A DNA stretch of 33,613 bases from a virus: the IMG/VR virus record IMGVR_UViG_3300011008_000181; one strand, written 5' to 3'. Shown here piece after piece: positions 30,363 through 33,613 of the stretch. The number at the start of each line of letters is the position of its first letter. The first letter of the stretch is position 1. A program made the position numbers and the translations under genes. Under the pieces are notes generated by a model. The model had not been told where the DNA came from and made no database searches. It worked only from the letters and a program-made list of their open reading frames with translations.

Positions 30363-30542
30363 ATGGGAATTAGCGAAGTTTGTATCAGAAAAGTAAACGG
30401 CGGTTATTGGCTATTATGCCCTAAAGCAAAAATCATCAAAACAACCGAAACAATGATCTTTGTTTCTTGTGATAAGAAATTTTGTTTACGTAAGATAACG
30501 GCGGCAGCAGCGGGGCGGATCAATGAAAATAAAAGCAATTAA
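30363..30542 (+). CDS. Small Cys-rich hypothetical protein (59 aa)
   Basis: Starts MGISEVCIRKVNGGYWLLCPK...SCDKKFC. RBS AGAGGGG. Confidence 0.35.
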   Translation: MGISEVCIRKVNGGYWLLCPKAKIIKTTETMIFVSCDKKFCLRKITAAAAGRINENKSN

Positions 30543-30684
30543 CGGCATTATGTGGGCGGCGGATATTTTGGACGGTCGCCGCGAATTTCCGACATTTAAT
30601 AAGAAAGAACACGAAGAACGCGCGCAGGAAGACCACACGGGCGCGGAATTTGAAAAGGTATTAAATAGGGCGCGCAAAGTTTAA
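30523..30684 (+). CDS. Small hypothetical protein (53 aa)
   Basis: Starts MKIKAINGIMWAADILDGRREFPTFNKKEHEERAQEDH. Overlaps the upstream ORF. Confidence 0.3.
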   Translation: MKIKAINGIMWAADILDGRREFPTFNKKEHEERAQEDHTGAEFEKVLNRARKV

Positions 30685-30852
30685 ACGCCCACAACGACGC
30701 AATAGACGCGGCAGCAGGCGTGTTTATTCTATATCAGAAATACAAGGGCGATCAGATCCGGCAGCAGGCGAAAGCCGACCGGACGAGTTAGTTTCTTCAT
30801 ATATATAGGAACATATTAAGGCGACCTTGTAATGGGTATTAAGATACCGTAA

Positions 30853-30935
30853 ATATTACACAATATGTTAGAGAATAATATATATTACGCAATATGTAAA
30901 TGATAAATATAGAGGTTTATATATTACATAATATG
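30853..30935 (+). repeat. Three direct iteron-like copies of ATATTAC(A/G)(C/T)AATATG in an AT-rich intergenic region (candidate origin/Rep control region)
   Basis: Copies at 30853-30867, 30882-30896 and 30921-30935, immediately upstream of the HUH Rep gene. Confidence 0.6.
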
Positions 30936-30957
30936 TTAGACATAAAGGCGGGGTAAT

Positions 30958-31812
30958 GTGAGAAAAAAATATTATGACAATTACGACTATGAAGAAGCAT
31001 ATAACGAACAGATAGAGAAGTTAGAAGAAGCAGAAGCGGAGAGGATCGCAAAGAAAGGCAAGGGGGCGGGCTACCGAACAACCACAACGGAAGCCGGAAA
31101 AATGATCGAGGTTGATATTTACCCGACCTTTAACGTTCGCCACGATATGCCAAGGACAAAAAGGGGTAGAGAGTCAAGACCCGCCCAAAAGAACTTAAAC
31201 GACAAAAGGGCGCGCAGATATTTAAACCAACTTGCAAGCGCGAATTTTGGCAGGGGGGATCTTTGGGGAACATTCACATATAGAGCCGGAGAAGAACCGG
31301 AAAGCATAGACGACGCCGAAAAGAAGTTCGGAAACTTTATTCGCCGGATCAACCGCAGGAGAAAAAGAGCCGGAAAAGAAAACATAAAATATATCTATGT
31401 GACGGAATGGGAAGACGGAGAAAAGGGCGTCCGCTGCCACCACCACGCAATTTTAAGCGGGGACGTTGACCGCGACGAAATAGAGCAACTATGGTATCAC
31501 GGCGACCGGACAGAAACAAAACGACTTGCACCCGATCCCGATACACATATCGCCGGACTTGTTCACTACATCACAAAAGACCCAAAAGGTAAGAAGCGTT
31601 GGAAGACGTCGAAAGGGTTAAAGAAACCAACGATCACAAGATCATATAGCAAGTTTGGAAAAACGAAAGTTCGTAAAATGGCTTGCGACTATACATTGCT
31701 TGAAAGCGAATTGAAGAAGAAATATAAAAACGCCCGTTTTGTAGACGCCAAAGTTTACCAAAACGAAATCAACGGCGGCTTTTATATATACGCCCGAATG
31801 GTTAGGGATTGA
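30958..31812 (+). CDS. HUH-superfamily rolling-circle-type replication initiator (Rep)
   Basis: 284 aa, GTG start after AAAGGCGGGG. Three ordered motifs: 'WGTFTY' (motif I), 'CHHHAILSG' (HUH) and 'VHYITKD' (Y-x-x-K catalytic Tyr). Confidence 0.65.
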   Translation: MRKKYYDNYDYEEAYNEQIEKLEEAEAERIAKKGKGAGYRTTTTEAGKMIEVDIYPTFNVRHDMPRTKRGRESRPAQKNLNDKRARRYLNQLASANFGRGDLWGTFTYRAGEEPESIDDAEKKFGNFIRRINRRRKRAGKENIKYIYVTEWEDGEKGVRCHHHAILSGDVDRDEIEQLWYHGDRTETKRLAPDPDTHIAGLVHYITKDPKGKKRWKTSKGLKKPTITRSYSKFGKTKVRKMACDYTLLESELKKKYKNARFVDAKVYQNEINGGFYIYARMVRD

Positions 31813-31830
31813 AAGGGGGAATAACAGAAA

Positions 31831-32322
31831 TTGAGATTGCAGAATTTAAGAGCCGGAGAAACAACCGAGCAGATCAAATTATTTAATTGGGCGAAAATGC
31901 ACGAAGACATTATCCCGCCTTTAAGATTGCTTTATCACGTCCCGAACGAGGGGAAGCGATCAACCGCAGGCGGGCAGATCCTAAAAGCGGCGGGCTTAAA
32001 GTCGGGAGTTCCCGACGTATGCTTGCCCGTGGCGCGCAAGGGTTACAACGCTTTGTATATCGAAATGAAGTACGGCAAGAACAAGCCGACGGCAGCGCAA
32101 AAAGATTTTATGAAAGCGTTACAAGACGAGGGCGCAAAAGTAGCGGTTTGTTATTCCGCAGAAGAAGCCCGCGAAATGATCCGCTTTTATCTATCGCCCG
32201 CCGAGGGCTTCAACCTTGTAAATTGCGAAGAAGCAATAAGAACGGTCGACGGATGCGAGGGCTACGGGTTAGACTTTGCGCCTTGTGATAAATGCAAACA
32301 ACACAAAGCGAAAGGAGAATAA
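31831..32322 (+). CDS. VRR-NUC domain nuclease
   Basis: 'GVPDVCLPV...ALYIEMKYGKNKPTAAQKDF' matches the PD-(D/E)xK core of VRR-NUC. TTG start. Confidence 0.7.
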   Translation: MRLQNLRAGETTEQIKLFNWAKMHEDIIPPLRLLYHVPNEGKRSTAGGQILKAAGLKSGVPDVCLPVARKGYNALYIEMKYGKNKPTAAQKDFMKALQDEGAKVAVCYSAEEAREMIRFYLSPAEGFNLVNCEEAIRTVDGCEGYGLDFAPCDKCKQHKAKGE

Positions 32323-32328
32323 ATCACA

Positions 32329-32727
32329 ATGAGCGAAGAAAAGATTTTATACGGCGCGTGTAGATTTTGCGGACAGACGCAGACAGTAAACGAAGACGAA
32401 GTTTTGGACGTGATAAGACAGACGGGCGCAGAGGGCGAAGACGCAAAGAATATTGTCGCAACCCGTTATTGTACTTGCGAGGAAGCAAAGGCGCAGGCAA
32501 CGCACGAAATGAAACTTGAAGCCGCCGGAGAATGGGCGCGCGGGGTATTCGAGAAAGATCCCGAAAAATTACAATGTGTGCTTTGCGCAATTAAGGCAAC
32601 GAGCGAACATCACTTCGGGCGCATTGCTATTAAGTCGGGCAAATACAACTATACTTTCGACGTTGACGCGGCGGGAGATATTAGGATCAAGACAAAATAC
32701 ACAGACACACAAGAAGAAACATTTTAA
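32329..32727 (+). CDS. Hypothetical protein with a CxxC motif
   Basis: 132 aa with 'CRFCGQ'. Carries the leader GGAGAATAAATCACAATG. Confidence 0.5.
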   Translation: MSEEKILYGACRFCGQTQTVNEDEVLDVIRQTGAEGEDAKNIVATRYCTCEEAKAQATHEMKLEAAGEWARGVFEKDPEKLQCVLCAIKATSEHHFGRIAIKSGKYNYTFDVDAAGDIRIKTKYTDTQEETF

Positions 32728-32745
32728 GTTGGGGGAGTAGTTAAG

Positions 32746-33105
32746 TTGGGACGTTATCGAATGGACGACGACGAAAAAAGAATAATTAGATCTATTGTCC
32801 GTCTTGACGAGAAACGCAGACGCGGGAAGTTGAAGCGAAAGGAAACACACTTCGACCGGAAAGCGCGGGCGGCTATCGAAGCAGCGGAACGCGATATTGA
32901 GTTAGGCGGGGCAACCGGAGAAGTCCGCGACATTATTGTCGAGAAGATCCGCGAGAATATTATTTCCGGTACGACGTGGGAAAGGATCGGCGAAACGTAT
33001 TGCGGACGTGATACGTTTTACCGATATTCCCGACGCTATCAATTTCTTATCGGTCGTAATATGGGGATCATCAACGACAAGACCAAGAAAGGATCGGGCG
33101 GTTAG
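32746..33105 (+). CDS. Putative late-gene transcriptional regulator
   Basis: 119 aa, basic. Lies immediately upstream of HNH/terminase, where RinA/ArpU-type activators usually sit. Called mainly on position. Confidence 0.3.
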   Translation: MGRYRMDDDEKRIIRSIVRLDEKRRRGKLKRKETHFDRKARAAIEAAERDIELGGATGEVRDIIVEKIRENIISGTTWERIGETYCGRDTFYRYSRRYQFLIGRNMGIINDKTKKGSGG

Positions 33106-33107
33106 TT

Positions 33108-33428
33108 ATGGCGAAAGAATATGCAAAAGACTTTTACAATTCGCAGGCGTGGAAGAAGACGCGCAAGGCATATTATATCTTTCGACGCGGACAATGCGAA
33201 CGTTGCGCGAAAGAGTTTGCAGCAGGCAAGCGCAGATTTGAAGACATACACGCGGGGGCAATAGTCCACCACAAAGAATACATTACGCCGGAGAACCTAA
33301 ACGATCCGACGATTGCGTTGTCGTTCGACAATTTAGAATTGCTATGCGACGAACACCATAACCAAGAACACAAAAGCAAAACAAAACGATATTCTTTTGA
33401 CGCAAACGGTAGGGTAATCGAAGCATAG
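33108..33428 (+). CDS. HNH endonuclease (terminase-associated)
   Basis: 106 aa with 'IVHHKEY...NLELLCDEHHNQEHK' (HNH). Sits just upstream of terS/terL as in HK97-like cos phages. Confidence 0.9.
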   Translation: MAKEYAKDFYNSQAWKKTRKAYYIFRRGQCERCAKEFAAGKRRFEDIHAGAIVHHKEYITPENLNDPTIALSFDNLELLCDEHHNQEHKSKTKRYSFDANGRVIEA

Positions 33429-33579
33429 GGCATATGTTTTTATATGCAACACAAAATAAAAATATTTTTTAAAAAATTTTTTCTTGAAACAAAAATAATA
33501 TTGCATATTGCGCAATGCGTAGGGAATACACCCCCCACCCTTTACAAAAATAAGGGGCTACGGAGAACCGAGGGAGTGC

Positions 33580-33613
33580 CTTCAAAAAAACTCTACGCGT
33601 GCGCGTGCGCGTA
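33580..33613. repeat. 34-nt direct terminal repeat, right copy
   Basis: Exact match to nt 1-34. Confidence 0.95.

Larger units (their letters stand above)
1..33613 (+). mobile_element. Complete temperate tailed-phage genome (HK97-like head module, long non-contractile tail, serine-integrase lysogeny module), circularly closed
   Basis: Full set of packaging, head, tail, lysis, lysogeny and replication modules. The two ends carry an identical 34-nt sequence. Confidence 0.9.

Noticed and set aside
1-33613. I looked for tRNA, rRNA and CRISPR arrays.
   Set aside because: I saw no cloverleaf-like conserved tRNA features (GTTCGAATC-type T-loops) and no repeat-spacer arrays in the intergenic regions. 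The gaps are short and are explained by promoters, terminators and the DGR RNA.

Overview
The window is a complete temperate siphovirus-like phage genome with an HK97-type head module, about 33.58 kb. It closes on itself, because nt 1-34 are identical to nt 33580-33613.

Gene order on the + strand:
- HNH endonuclease, small and large terminase, portal, ClpP-like protease, major capsid
- head-tail connectors, major tail protein, tail chaperones with a -1 frameshift, a 994-aa tape measure
- Dit and tail-tip/fiber proteins, then a diversity-generating retroelement (DGR)
- lysis cassette, small accessory (moron-like) genes
- a lysogeny operon on the - strand (XRE repressor, membrane protein, large serine recombinase)
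- cro-like gene, small Dam-family methyltransferase, many small early genes
- membrane-anchored lytic transglycosylase, HUH Rep with upstream iterons, VRR-NUC nuclease, putative late regulator

The standout system is a complete, apparently active DGR. It consists of a tail-fiber-like target gene with a C-terminal variable repeat (VR 16131-16258), avd, a template repeat (TR 16827-16954), a structured spacer and an RT. VR and TR differ at 12 positions, and every one is a TR adenine.

Other observations:
- a phage-borne 5' fragment of miaB that probably marks the integration target
- a 16-mer (GATCCGGCAGCAGGCG) and its 9-mer core, strongly over-represented and found on the + strand only
- roughly 3-fold GATC enrichment alongside a phage Dam-family methyltransferase
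- a 16-bp palindromic motif shared by three intergenic control regions
- a 39/40-nt repeat linking the terL-portal terminator to the 3' end of the RT gene
- cI/cro-type operators with divergent promoters

All functional calls come from motifs I recognise by eye, gene order and size. No database search was possible.
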